NCBI GenBank assembly: GCA_963804165.1
Contig: CAWDPO010000045.1
Coordinates: 128,001-192,000 of the forward strand
Length of the DNA: 64,000 nt
Source: an uncultured delta proteobacterium
Lineage (GTDB): Bacteria; Desulfobacterota; Binatia; UBA9968
Direction of reading: 5' to 3'
In this document: positions 11,146-21,169 of the stretch, piece by piece
Numbering within the stretch: position 1 is the stretch's first letter
Layout of the letters: every line of letters begins with the position of its first letter
Translations under genes and position numbers: made by a program
The notes under the pieces: model-generated
Told to the model about the DNA's origin: nothing
The model's database searches: none
Seen by the model: only the letters and a program-made list of their open reading frames with translations

Positions 11146-12210
11146 ATGCAGATCATCGATGCCGACGGACACGTCAACGATCGGCCTTGCATGGACGAAA
11201 TCTCGAAGTATATGCCGCCGGGCAATCGCAGCCAAGTTTTCCCGGCATTCGACCATATCCACTTCCATTTTTTGGAGGGCGGCGAGAAGCGCTCGCGCAC
11301 CGGCACCGTCGGACCGAAGGAATGGGTAAATTTTCTCGAGGAAGTCGGCATCGACTGGACCGTCGTTTATCCAACGGCCGGACTGGCTGTCGGTAGAATC
11401 ATCGCTGAAGATTGGGCCATCGCCGCGTGTCGAGCGTACAATAATTGGCTATATGAAAAGTTCACCAGCGTCAGCCCGCGCATCAAAGGCATGGCGCTGA
11501 TCCCGATACAAGATGCCGATGCGGCAATAGAAGAGCTCAACCGAGCCGTCAAGCAACTCGGCATGGCCGGCGCCATGCTGCCGTCCAATGGCGAAGGCAT
11601 CAAAGGCCATTTCGGCGCAAAAATCTATTGGCCGATTTATGCAGAAGCGGAAAAACTTGATGCGCCACTGGCGGTTCACGTCGGCGCGCTGCATCACCTA
11701 GGCATGGACTCGATCGGCGTTTATTACCCGGTTCACGCACTCGGCCATCCGTTCGGCATCATGGCACAAGCAGCGGCGATGTTGTCTTACGGCGTGTTTG
11801 ATCGCTTTCCTAAACTACGCGTCGGTTTTCTCGAAGGCGGCGCCACGTGGGTACCGTTTTTTATGGACCGCCTCGACCGTTCTTATCCGCATCATTTACA
11901 GGTCGACATCAACGGCGATTTTCTTCCCAGCTCTAAACCGGACGTCATGGCGAGCGAATACTTCCGTCGCCACGTGAAAGCCGGCAGAATTTTCGTCGGC
12001 TTCGACTGCGATGACCGCGGTTTGGGATTTGCCATCCAGGAAACGGGTAACGAGCCGTTTCTTTTCGCCACCGATTTTCCGCACGAGAGCTTCGACGCCA
12101 AACATTGCCGCCAGGAGATCGACGAGTTGCTCGCGCGCGAAGACATCAACCAAGGCGACAAAAAAGCGATCTTGGCGACCAACGCGAAGAGATTTTACGG
12201 TATCAACTGA
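11146..12210 (+). CDS. Amidohydrolase-2 family protein
   Basis: IIDADGHV, RAYNNW, LAVH, FLEGG, FATDFPH. Confidence 0.92.
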   Translation: MQIIDADGHVNDRPCMDEISKYMPPGNRSQVFPAFDHIHFHFLEGGEKRSRTGTVGPKEWVNFLEEVGIDWTVVYPTAGLAVGRIIAEDWAIAACRAYNNWLYEKFTSVSPRIKGMALIPIQDADAAIEELNRAVKQLGMAGAMLPSNGEGIKGHFGAKIYWPIYAEAEKLDAPLAVHVGALHHLGMDSIGVYYPVHALGHPFGIMAQAAAMLSYGVFDRFPKLRVGFLEGGATWVPFFMDRLDRSYPHHLQVDINGDFLPSSKPDVMASEYFRRHVKAGRIFVGFDCDDRGLGFAIQETGNEPFLFATDFPHESFDAKHCRQEIDELLAREDINQGDKKAILATNAKRFYGIN

Positions 12211-12243
12211 GTCGCCGCATTGCATGGCGTTGACCTTTACGTG

Positions 12244-12287
12244 CTAAACGGTTTGAACCATTTGAACGACTTGAACGTTTTGAACGA
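12244..12287. repeat. 9-nt tandem repeat (TTGAACnnn x4)
   Basis: TTGAAC at 12253, 12262, 12271, 12280. Confidence 0.75.
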
Positions 12288-12307
12288 TGAAAGTACAGGA
12301 AATTAAT

Positions 12308-13243
12308 ATGGCTGAAAATTCCACGATGGCCCAAACTATGTCGCAATCCTCACCCGGCATGAAAGGCCCGCTCGTCTGGCTCGACATGGACCAGAAGGAG
12401 CTTGACGACGCCTACGATCAGAGCGTTTACGCACCCAACCAACAACTCATCGCTACCCGACGCCGGCTTGCCAGCGAAGCGATGCTGAAACGCGTCACGC
12501 CGGAGCGCGTTGCCTACGGATCCTCCGAGGATGAAAAACTCGACATCTACAAAACTGCGCGGCAAAACGCGCCCATGAACATCTTCATCCACGGCGGCGC
12601 GTGGCGCAACGGTCAAGCGCGAGACTCCGCTTATTTGGCCGAGATGTTTATCAGCGCCGGCGCCCACTTCGTCATACCCGACTTTGTTCAGGTCCATAAT
12701 GCCGGCGGCAATCTCATGCCGATGGCGCAGCAAGTTCGCAGCGCCGTAGCATGGGTCTACAACAACGTCGCTCGTTTCGGCGGCGATCCAAATCACATCT
12801 ACATTACGGGGCATTCTTCCGGGGCTCATCTCGCCGGATGCACTCTCGTCACCGATTGGCAGAAAGATTTCGGCTTGCCTGCGAACATAATCAGGGGCGG
12901 CCTCTTGGTCAGCGGCATGTACGATCTTAAACCGGTCAGGCTCTCCAAGCGCAGCGAGTATGTGAAATTTACGGACGAGATCGAGCAAGCGCTCAGCTCG
13001 CAGCGTCATTTGGATAGACTGAACGCGCCGATCATCGTCGCCTACGGGACCCAGGAAACTCCCGAGTTCCAGAGACAGAATCGTGACTTTGCCGCCGCCG
13101 TGAAAGCCGCGGGCAAACCGGTCGAGCTGATCGTCGGCGAAGGTTTCAATCACTTCGAGATGCAAGAAACCATAGGCAATCCCTATGGCATCGCCGGACG
13201 CGCGGCGTTGAAATTAATGAATCTGTCCACCAATCCACGTTAA
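12308..13243 (+). CDS. Alpha/beta hydrolase, arylformamidase (kynurenine formamidase)-like
   Basis: HGGAW, GHSSGAHL, SGMYDL, NHF. Confidence 0.88.
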   Translation: MAENSTMAQTMSQSSPGMKGPLVWLDMDQKELDDAYDQSVYAPNQQLIATRRRLASEAMLKRVTPERVAYGSSEDEKLDIYKTARQNAPMNIFIHGGAWRNGQARDSAYLAEMFISAGAHFVIPDFVQVHNAGGNLMPMAQQVRSAVAWVYNNVARFGGDPNHIYITGHSSGAHLAGCTLVTDWQKDFGLPANIIRGGLLVSGMYDLKPVRLSKRSEYVKFTDEIEQALSSQRHLDRLNAPIIVAYGTQETPEFQRQNRDFAAAVKAAGKPVELIVGEGFNHFEMQETIGNPYGIAGRAALKLMNLSTNPR

Positions 13244-13252
13244 GGAGTCACC

Positions 13253-13792
13253 ATGAGCCGAATTCCTCGCGCCACTCGCGAACAGCTATCAGCCGATGAT
13301 CAGAAGATTTGGGACCATATCCACGCCGCTCGCAGTGGCGGCGGCGGCCCCTATTCTATGTTACTGCACGTGCCGGCCCTCGCGAGCCACATGGCGGCGA
13401 CCGAGGATTACTTTCGCTTGCACTCGGCGCTGCCCGACGCCGACCGCGAGATCATTATTCTCACCGCGGCGCGAGAGTTAGGCGCGCACTACCCCTGGAC
13501 GCGTCACGAGATCCGCGCGCACAAGGCCGGCATCCGGCCCGAAGTGATCGAAGCGCTCCGCGCCAAAGCCCCATTGGATCAATTCAGCGGCCGGGAAAAG
13601 CTGCTCGTCGAGCTCGCCCGCACGCTATTGCGCGATCACGGCTTGTCCGACGAATTGTTCGCGCGCGCCGAAAAAGAACTCGGCCGCCAAAAACTCATCG
13701 AAGCGGTAGGACTGCTCGGCCACTACATCGCGATAGGAATGGTCGCAAATGTCTTCGCCGTGAAAGCACCTGAAGGAAGCAAGGCGTTTTAA
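13253..13792 (+). CDS. Carboxymuconolactone decarboxylase (CMD) family protein
   Basis: GGPYSMLLH, REIIILTAARE, YPWTRH; AGGAG RBS. Confidence 0.85.
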   Translation: MSRIPRATREQLSADDQKIWDHIHAARSGGGGPYSMLLHVPALASHMAATEDYFRLHSALPDADREIIILTAARELGAHYPWTRHEIRAHKAGIRPEVIEALRAKAPLDQFSGREKLLVELARTLLRDHGLSDELFARAEKELGRQKLIEAVGLLGHYIAIGMVANVFAVKAPEGSKAF

Positions 13793-13854
13793 CTCAATTC
13801 GAGATTTCCATTTCTCGCACAAGAGGCTGTGGCACAAATTGCAAAATCATCTTG

Positions 13855-13946
13855 TGTCATGCTGAGCACAGCGAAGCATCTCGCAGTTCAGGCGGGATCT
13901 TTCGGCAGAGTTTATCCTGATAACATCGCAGGGTCTTAGGATGACA
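13855..13946. repeat. GTCAT(C/G)CTGAGC-type REP-like palindrome
   Basis: tgtcatgctgagcacagcgaagcatct...ggatgaca; half copy at 42050-42076. Confidence 0.7.
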
Positions 13947-14013
13947 GTGAAACACGACCTTCGAGGGTAGTGGAAATTATCGCTCTATCCTCCGTTGGTC
14001 GGAATAGGTCGCG

Positions 14014-15009
14014 CTACTTTGCCGGATACCGCTTCGCCATTTCAACGAAGAAACTTTCCTTCTCCAATTCATTTATCAGGCTCGCATCGAAGAATTGCTC
14101 TGGCTTGGCGGTCTTTGCCTGCGGCATCTGCGGCGCGAGCATGTCGAGGATGAACTGAATCCCTTTCGGCGTGAAAGCCGGCTTGCGCGGAATCGTCTTC
14201 AGGTAGTTTTGATAAGAGGTCTCCAGCACCTCGGGGTCGTTGGTGCGCATGTATTTGGCGAACACTTTTTGCGACTCGGCTTTGTTGGCGTGAATGAAGT
14301 GAATCGCTTCCAGATATCCTTTCATCGCATTCTTCACCGTATCGCGATTGCTCTTCAGGTAAGGCCGCGACGTCGCAAGCCCATTGCCTTGCACTTCAAC
14401 TCCGAGGTCGGCGATTTGCAGCAGGTCGACAAAGCCCATTTTCCGGGCGATCGGCGCCGTCGATAAGTTAAAAAATGACGCGTCGATCTTGCCGGCGCTT
14501 ATGGCGCCCAACCGTTCCGCGTCCGGTCCCGCGGCGATCAGCGCCACGTCTTTGTTGGCCTCCAGGTTGAGATGCTTGAGCAGAATTTGCGCGGCGTAGT
14601 GGGTGATCGAGCCGAAGCCGCTGATGCCCAGTTTTTTGCCTTTCAGCTGCTCCAAGCTCGTGATGCCGGGCCGCACGAACACGAGCTGGTAGAAATTGTT
14701 CTCCATGCTGATGATGAGCACCAAATTATAACCGGTGAGGTTGGCTTGAATCACCGTGCCGACGTTCACGATCGGCGGTTCGCCGGCGGCCAGTGCCTGT
14801 GTTGCTACTTGACCGCCGCGCAAGAAAACCGGATCGACGTCGAGGCCGTACTTGCGAAACAATCCCTGCTCTTTGGCAACCCAAACGTGGCTCTGCGTGA
14901 ATGCCAACGACGGATAGCCCATCGTGATATTCTTGAGCGCTTGCGCTTCGACTGAAACAACGTAAGCGAGCAAGATCAAAAGCGCAGTCGTGAGCGCGGA
15001 CCTAATCAT
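14014..15009 (-). CDS. ABC-type substrate-binding protein, NMT1/THI5/SsuA-like
   Basis: Signal peptide from ATG 15009; WVAKEQGLFRKYGL, LKGKKLGIS. Confidence 0.9.
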   Translation of the reverse strand: MIRSALTTALLILLAYVVSVEAQALKNITMGYPSLAFTQSHVWVAKEQGLFRKYGLDVDPVFLRGGQVATQALAAGEPPIVNVGTVIQANLTGYNLVLIISMENNFYQLVFVRPGITSLEQLKGKKLGISGFGSITHYAAQILLKHLNLEANKDVALIAAGPDAERLGAISAGKIDASFFNLSTAPIARKMGFVDLLQIADLGVEVQGNGLATSRPYLKSNRDTVKNAMKGYLEAIHFIHANKAESQKVFAKYMRTNDPEVLETSYQNYLKTIPRKPAFTPKGIQFILDMLAPQMPQAKTAKPEQFFDASLINELEKESFFVEMAKRYPAK

Positions 15010-15029
15010 CGGACCTTTGTTGAATCCGC

Positions 15030-16220
15030 TCAAGCAATTGCGACCATGCCGTGGCCGCGCTTGAAGATCATTTCGCAGCCGCCCTCGCCGACGATCACCG
15101 GTCCACCAAAACTGAATTGAATCTTCGTGTCGGCCGATGTCACGAGCGGCTTCCAAACAAGCACGTTGCCCTTTTCAATCGGTAAATCGCGCACACGGTC
15201 ACTGCCATTTTTAGCAGTGAATAGCGGACCGTCATCGCCGTAGCCGCAGCCTTGCAGCTGCATGACTGTCTTCATGCCGTGCTTCGCCCCGAAGTCATTT
15301 ACGAAATCGCGCAGCGCGCCGAACGTCGTGCCAGGCTTGATCATCGCCGAGCCCGCTTGGTAAATTTCTTTGTGTAACTCGATCGCCGGCTTCCATTCGG
15401 CGGGAATTTTACCGAGCAATACCGGTTGGCACAGTTGCGTCCATTGCGCGCCGCGAATCGCGTTGACTTCATTGGTGATCAGCGCGTTCGGCTCCAGCCG
15501 CCGGCCGAGAGGTGGATTGGTATAGCGTTTTGCCTTTTCTGTGCCGATGGCATCGATGGATATCGTCAACGGAAAATATTCGCTGCGTAATTCGAGCAGG
15601 CGCGCCAGCACGTCGGTGTAGAGCGCCCCGGCGTCCACACCGGGACGCGCAAGCTTGATCAACTCATCGAGTCCGGCTGCGGCAACTTGCGCCGATTCAC
15701 GCACAAAGGCGATTTCTTCTTCGCTTTTGACGTAGCGTGCGAAGCCGACAACATCCGTCGCGTCTTCGAATTTTGCATTCGGTGCTTTGCTCATCACGTG
15801 CGCAAGAGCGATATGATTCACCACACCGTCGATGGAGCTGCAGTGCGTTACCGAGCCGCCTTTCAAACCGACGACCCCGACGCGCGCCCGCTCCATGCCG
15901 AGATCGAGCAGCGCTTCGCCCATCGGCTCAGCCCACTCGCGGCCGGTCTGCCAAGGCTCGGGGACCCACGCGTTGCTCGAACGCCGATCCGCGATCACGA
16001 TCGGCGCGCGGCCGTCCGTGGGTAAGACCATCGCCGAGCAGCGCAACTGCGTCATATATCGCCCGTCGATGCCGTCACCCAGCGGTATCAATACGCCGTC
16101 AAACCCGGCCTTGGCGCCGTTTTCGCGGACCGCTTTCCAGCGCCGGTCCCGCTCAGCCAACGAATAACCGTTCCAGATGTGAACTGTTGCGCCGGCTCCC
16201 GGCGGCGTCGTCCAAGGCAT
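15030..16220 (-). CDS. M24 (creatinase/Xaa-Pro peptidase-fold) protein lacking canonical metal ligands
   Basis: YSLAERDRRW, RYVKSEEEI, QGCGYGDDGP. Confidence 0.82.
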   Translation of the reverse strand: MPWTTPPGAGATVHIWNGYSLAERDRRWKAVRENGAKAGFDGVLIPLGDGIDGRYMTQLRCSAMVLPTDGRAPIVIADRRSSNAWVPEPWQTGREWAEPMGEALLDLGMERARVGVVGLKGGSVTHCSSIDGVVNHIALAHVMSKAPNAKFEDATDVVGFARYVKSEEEIAFVRESAQVAAAGLDELIKLARPGVDAGALYTDVLARLLELRSEYFPLTISIDAIGTEKAKRYTNPPLGRRLEPNALITNEVNAIRGAQWTQLCQPVLLGKIPAEWKPAIELHKEIYQAGSAMIKPGTTFGALRDFVNDFGAKHGMKTVMQLQGCGYGDDGPLFTAKNGSDRVRDLPIEKGNVLVWKPLVTSADTKIQFSFGGPVIVGEGGCEMIFKRGHGMVAIA

Positions 16221-16250
16221 GAAAGCTCTCCTTCGGATCGCTGTTCACCA

Positions 16251-16301
16251 GGTTCCGAGTTCCGCGTTAAGCCCGAAACCCAACACCCAAAACCTAAAAC
16301 C
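16251..16301. repeat. 7-nt periodic intergenic repeat
   Basis: gttccgagttccgcg...cccgaaa-cccaaca-cccaaaa-cctaaaa-ccc. Confidence 0.6.
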
Positions 16302-16305
16302 CTTT

Positions 16306-17526
16306 CTAACTGATCGACACCATTCCGGGCGTGCGCTTGACCAGCGGCTCGCCGCCATTGTCGGTAACGACCACACAGCCGCCCCAACTGGTATCGAAAC
16401 TCCCGTCCGCGCTGTGGGCGATCGGCTTGACGATGAACACGCAATCTTTTTCGATCAGCACGTCGCGGTTGCGCCCACCGCGGTTTTGCGGCGTGAACAG
16501 CGGGCCGTCATCGCCGTAACCGCGCCCATGCATGAGCAGCTGGCTCTTCATGCCGCGCCTTTCGCCGTAGCCGTTGATTAAATCCATGAAATCGGCGAAC
16601 GGCCGTCCCGGCGTTAAATGCTCTAAAGCGGCGTAGTACATTTCGCGCTGAAGTTCGATCGCCGGCTTCCATGCGTCGGGAATACGCCCTAAAAAAATCG
16701 GTTGTTGTTCCTGGGCGATCAAACCGCCGAACACGGCATCGACTTCGTTGGCGATGCGATAATTCGCTTGCAGCGTTCTGCCTTCGGTCGGATCTTCGAA
16801 TCGCGGCAGTCGGCCACCGCCGTGCAGTCCGCTGTAAAAAGCCATTGGATAATACTCACTGCCCAGTCCGACCATGCGCTGCATGACGCGGGCATAGAGC
16901 AAACCCTCGTCCATGCCCGGTTTGGCCAGCTCGATCATCTTGTCGATGCCGGCGGCGGCGATCGCCGCGCCGCGCCTGAGGCAGGCGATCTGCTCGGCGC
17001 TTTTGATATAGCGCGCGTGACCGATCACTTCCGTTGCGTTTTCAAATCGCGCGTTCGGCAAACGCCGCAACACTTCGACATAGGAGCCATGATTGACGAC
17101 GCCGTGAAACGCCCGGCCATGGGTGTAAAAGCCGCGGCGAATACCGGAGACACCGATGCGCGCTCGCTCCATCCCGGCATCGATCAAAGCCTGCGCCATG
17201 CTCCCGCCCCAGGATTTTCCCACCGGACGAAACTCAGGTACCCAGGCGTTGCCGGACTCTTGATCCGAAATGACGATGGGCTCTCGTCCGTCGCTCGGCA
17301 GGATAACCGCGGCGTTATCGAGGCAAGTGAGAAAGCGGCAATCCGAGCGCGTGCCGCGCGCCTGTTCGAGCGACAGATGCAAGTTTCGTCCATCGACGCA
17401 GAGCGGCACGAGAATAGAGTCGAATCCCGCCTGCGCCGCATTCGCACGCACGCGCTGCCAGCGCCAGTCGCGTTCCGCCAGCGAGTAACCCTCCCATTGA
17501 ATTTCCGCCGGTGCTTCCATCGTCAT
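16306..17526 (-). CDS. M24 (creatinase/Xaa-Pro peptidase-fold) protein, paralog of 15030..16220
   Basis: YSLAERDWRW, RYIKSAEQI, MHGRGYGDDGP; AGGAG RBS before ATG 17526. Confidence 0.82.
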   Translation of the reverse strand: MTMEAPAEIQWEGYSLAERDWRWQRVRANAAQAGFDSILVPLCVDGRNLHLSLEQARGTRSDCRFLTCLDNAAVILPSDGREPIVISDQESGNAWVPEFRPVGKSWGGSMAQALIDAGMERARIGVSGIRRGFYTHGRAFHGVVNHGSYVEVLRRLPNARFENATEVIGHARYIKSAEQIACLRRGAAIAAAGIDKMIELAKPGMDEGLLYARVMQRMVGLGSEYYPMAFYSGLHGGGRLPRFEDPTEGRTLQANYRIANEVDAVFGGLIAQEQQPIFLGRIPDAWKPAIELQREMYYAALEHLTPGRPFADFMDLINGYGERRGMKSQLLMHGRGYGDDGPLFTPQNRGGRNRDVLIEKDCVFIVKPIAHSADGSFDTSWGGCVVVTDNGGEPLVKRTPGMVSIS

Positions 17527-17748
17527 TCTCCTGGCAACTGCCTCGTCGGGACCAGTCTGCAATTTTCCATCCGGTGTCGCGGGGAGCGTAGACCATTGCT
17601 CCGCAAACGGCGTCGAGCGATCTAGCGATCTTTACCGCGAAATAGATTTCGTCCCGAGTTTCGTCTTGCTCCCGAGAGAGGCCGCCTAGATCGCAAACTG
17701 CGAGGGCTTGGCATCCGAGACCCGCGACTCAGCGCTAAGCACGAACTC

Positions 17749-18213
17749 TTACTCCGCCTCGCCGAGCATTGTTCCACGACAGCGCCGCGCGCGGCAGAAG
17801 CAAGCGTGTTCGCGCTTGGCGGCTTTCGTGTGCCTTTCGCCGATCTGCAAGTTGTAGTCGTAAGTGAGTTCGTCTCCGGCGTGGATTTCGCGGCCCGCTT
17901 CGATGAAAACCCGCTGACCTTCCTCCTCGATTTCGCAATTCGGCGCGCAGGAGTGATTGATCCAGCGCGCCGAATTGCCCCGGTGGGTCGCGTCGATCAC
18001 TAAACCGCCGTCCAAAGAGAAAAGCATCGTATGCGGCGAATTCGCGTGCATGCGGCTATAGCGCCGATCCGCCTCCTTCTCCGTAATAAGTTTGCCTTTG
18101 TATTCGACGATGCGTGTGCCTTTCGGCATGCGCCTCAAAGCAAACACACCGCGCCCGTGGATCGGCGAATTGCGGACCACGATGCGGCGGTGTTTCTTTC
18201 CTGTTTTTGGCAT
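17749..18213 (-). CDS. SET-domain lysine methyltransferase with post-SET motif
   Basis: SPIHGRGVFA, ARWINHSCAPNC, ELTYDY, CFCRARRCRG. Confidence 0.93.
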   Translation of the reverse strand: MPKTGKKHRRIVVRNSPIHGRGVFALRRMPKGTRIVEYKGKLITEKEADRRYSRMHANSPHTMLFSLDGGLVIDATHRGNSARWINHSCAPNCEIEEEGQRVFIEAGREIHAGDELTYDYNLQIGERHTKAAKREHACFCRARRCRGTMLGEAE

Positions 18214-18248
18214 GACTACTCCTAAGGCAATTGGCTGACGACCATAAT

Positions 18249-19682
18249 TCACTCGTCGCCGTCCATGCGCTTAACGAATTTGCGTATTCGCTGCGCCGGC
18301 GCCGGGTCTTGATACTGGCTATAGAGGCGTTGGCGCATGCGGTCGACTTCGCCGCTCTGCAAGCGCTCATACAGTTGGCTGCGCTTGCCGAACGAGCTTA
18401 TCACCATGTCCGCGGCGACGGCCATCAAGCGCAAGTGTTCCCTGGTGTTGGGCGCCCCACCGCGGAAATAACGTTCGACCAGCGGGCCGACGTCGCCGTT
18501 GACGAGATCTGAGGCTCCCCCGCTCAACATCAAGGTACTGGTTAACAAGCCCTCCATGGTACGCTCGGCACGGTCCGACGCTTCGATACTATGGACGCGG
18601 TAGGCGGCGCTCAAGCGCGGCGCCCAGGTGCCACCCGGGCTGAAGTAGCCATTTGTCTCAGCGACTTGAATGCACGACCGCAGGATCTCGATGTCTTGCA
18701 TCAAGCTCGACAGCAGGATCTGCGACGCCACGCTTTTGTTGCGACCTGCGTACTCGGTCAACACCTGAGCGACGCCGAGAAATCCTTCGAGCTTGGTAAT
18801 CAGCCGCACCATCGTCGAGTACTGCGCCCAAGTGTGAATGTAGTTGATGCCGGCGAGCAGCTGGGGATTTCTGTAAACGAACACTCGCTCCCAAGGCACC
18901 AGGACATCGTCGAAGATCAGCGCCGCGTCAACTTCGTCGAAGCGCGTGGTTAGCGGGTGCCGCTCGGGGTCGGCGTGCTCGGCGTAAAGATCCCGGCAAA
19001 TGATTTTCAATCCCCGTGTATTCATCGGAATCGCGAAGGCGATCGCGTAGTCGGCCTCATCGGGATCACGCGGACGGTTGGGATAGACCAGAACTTCATC
19101 GGAGATCGGAGCCAAGGTCGCCAGCGTGCGCAAGCCGCGCACCACCGGGCCCTGCTTAGTTTCGCCGACGATGTGCAGGATCAAGTCCGGATCTTCCTGC
19201 TCGCTCACCCGTTTCGATCGATCGTAATATTGATCGGTAAGTGCATGCGTCAAACAAAGATCTTGGCGACGGCAGTGAAGATAATAGTTCCTGGCGTTCT
19301 CCGCCCATCGCTTGTCATGTTTTTCGATGACATGCGCCCAGTCAAACAGCCCGACGACCAGTTGGGCGCAGAAGTCCGGATACCGCCCCATCTGGCCTAA
19401 AGTCGCTTGCGCCCAGAACTCGATGTTGCGGCGTTTTTGGGCGAGATCCGTTGCAGATTTCGGTGCAAGATAACTGTAAGACGTGCATTCGCCGTCGTTT
19501 TCCACCGTCATGATGCCGCGGAACTCAGGTGAATGCTGTTTGTCGTAAAGTTCAGCGAGCGTTTTTATCGTTCCGGTGAAACCTGCATGCGTCGTCACGT
19601 CGTCGATGCGGCGGCCCGCATGCCAGACCTCTCGACCGTCGCGCAGAGCCTTGACATAATCAGCACCGCGCCTAACGGGCAT
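18249..19682 (-). CDS. 4-hydroxyphenylacetate 3-hydroxylase (HpaB)-family oxygenase component
   Basis: GADYVKALRDGREVW, GRYPDF, HPLTTRFDEVDA, FDDVLVPWERVF. Confidence 0.88.
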   Translation of the reverse strand: MPVRRGADYVKALRDGREVWHAGRRIDDVTTHAGFTGTIKTLAELYDKQHSPEFRGIMTVENDGECTSYSYLAPKSATDLAQKRRNIEFWAQATLGQMGRYPDFCAQLVVGLFDWAHVIEKHDKRWAENARNYYLHCRRQDLCLTHALTDQYYDRSKRVSEQEDPDLILHIVGETKQGPVVRGLRTLATLAPISDEVLVYPNRPRDPDEADYAIAFAIPMNTRGLKIICRDLYAEHADPERHPLTTRFDEVDAALIFDDVLVPWERVFVYRNPQLLAGINYIHTWAQYSTMVRLITKLEGFLGVAQVLTEYAGRNKSVASQILLSSLMQDIEILRSCIQVAETNGYFSPGGTWAPRLSAAYRVHSIEASDRAERTMEGLLTSTLMLSGGASDLVNGDVGPLVERYFRGGAPNTREHLRLMAVAADMVISSFGKRSQLYERLQSGEVDRMRQRLYSQYQDPAPAQRIRKFVKRMDGDE

Positions 19683-19804
19683 GAGACCGAAACTCCAGCC
19701 TCTCTGTTGCAGCGTGCGTAAGCATAAAAGTTTATAGCGTCAATCGAGCGGCGCAGGCAACAACGGAACCCCATTCCGGTCGCAATCAGCTCATGGAAAA
19801 CTGA

Positions 19805-21157
19805 TCATCCCCGGAGAATCGCGCACAGCGGCCGGATATCCTCGACCGCGTCCAACGTTTCGATGTAATCCAGGGCCCGCGCTGCAGCGCCCGCATCGAT
19901 CGCCTGGCGCGCGCACTCGGTAAATTTGCCGCGCAGTTCTTCTTGGCTCATCGGAAATTCCGGCCCACCCTTGGCATGCTGCGCTTCGCGACTGAGAATC
20001 TGGCCATTCTTCAACCGGATCGCCACCCGGCAAGGCCTGCCCGCAGCGTCGGTCTTTTTAAGATTGTTATCTTCTCTCATCTGTACTCTTGCCGCGAGTT
20101 TGAGAACATTTTGATCCCGCACCGCGTTATCGGTGAAGATATCCAATCCGACTTTGCCGTCGATGATCGCCCGCGCCACCAGGTAAGGCATGCAGAATTT
20201 TCCCTGGATGCCGGTTTGGGGAACGCGGAAGACGATCCTCTCGAAGGTGTGCTTGACCACATCGACGTCAACGGCTTCGATCATCTCGGCGGTCAAACCG
20301 TGCTGGGTTCTGAATTCGAGCACCGCATCGATCACTTGATGAGTGAGGCCACCGCAGGGATAAGGTTTGATGCGTAAGCCGTCGGTCACCAGCGCAAAAG
20401 ACTGACCGAGCTCTTTGATCGGCTGCTCGCGAATCGATGTGCCGTCATGGAACACTTTGTAAAAGCCGAAGCCGGATTCGATCGCTTTGGCGTTTGCCGT
20501 ATAACCGCCGTGCGCGAGTTTGGCCGCGAGAACGCCATTGCGCGCGCCGAGGCCGACATGCAACGGCTTGGTCATCGTGCCGAAATTCGCCACGATGCCG
20601 CTCGCCATCGACGCCGCGAGGCCGAGCGCCATCTCCATTTGCGAAGAGTTGAGGCCGAGTAATTTTGCGCATGCCGCGACCGCGCCGAAAGAACCCAACG
20701 TGCTCGGCGCGTGCCAGCCATCGTGCGCGCTGTCCTGCAGTGAGTGGGCCAACTTTCCGGTCACCTCGTAACCGGCGACGTAGGCTTCGATCAGTTGCCG
20801 GCCGCTGGCGCGGACAGACTCGCCCAGCGCGAAGATCGCGGGAATGATCGGCGCGGTGGGCTGGCCCATCAACGTGAAGCTGTGGTCGAAATCGAGCGCA
20901 TGCGCCGCTGTGCCGTTGGCGAGGGCGGCATTTAGTGCCGAAGTCTTGAATCCTTGTCCGATGACACTCGCGTCTTCCCGGGCATTTTCCTGACGCGCGA
21001 CCTCAGCGCAGATCTTTGCGTCCTCTTCTCTGCTGCCGGCGAGCGCGACGCCAAGACAATCGCGCACGGCGATTTTTGCCGTCTCCACGGCTTTGGGCGG
21101 TATACCTTCGTAGTCAAGATCGTTCACGAACTTGGCCAGGCTTGCAGTGACGTCCAT
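19805..21157 (-). CDS. MmgE/PrpD family protein
   Basis: NGTAAHALDFD, GWH, GTMTKPLHVG, KPYPC, KFCMPY. Confidence 0.92.
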   Translation of the reverse strand: MDVTASLAKFVNDLDYEGIPPKAVETAKIAVRDCLGVALAGSREEDAKICAEVARQENAREDASVIGQGFKTSALNAALANGTAAHALDFDHSFTLMGQPTAPIIPAIFALGESVRASGRQLIEAYVAGYEVTGKLAHSLQDSAHDGWHAPSTLGSFGAVAACAKLLGLNSSQMEMALGLAASMASGIVANFGTMTKPLHVGLGARNGVLAAKLAHGGYTANAKAIESGFGFYKVFHDGTSIREQPIKELGQSFALVTDGLRIKPYPCGGLTHQVIDAVLEFRTQHGLTAEMIEAVDVDVVKHTFERIVFRVPQTGIQGKFCMPYLVARAIIDGKVGLDIFTDNAVRDQNVLKLAARVQMREDNNLKKTDAAGRPCRVAIRLKNGQILSREAQHAKGGPEFPMSQEELRGKFTECARQAIDAGAAARALDYIETLDAVEDIRPLCAILRG

Positions 21158-21169
21158 GTTTTCCTCCAG

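Noticed and set aside
13830-13843. TGGCACAAATTGCA as a sigma54 promoter
   Set aside because: GG-GC spacing is 2 nt short and it lies between convergent genes next to a repeat
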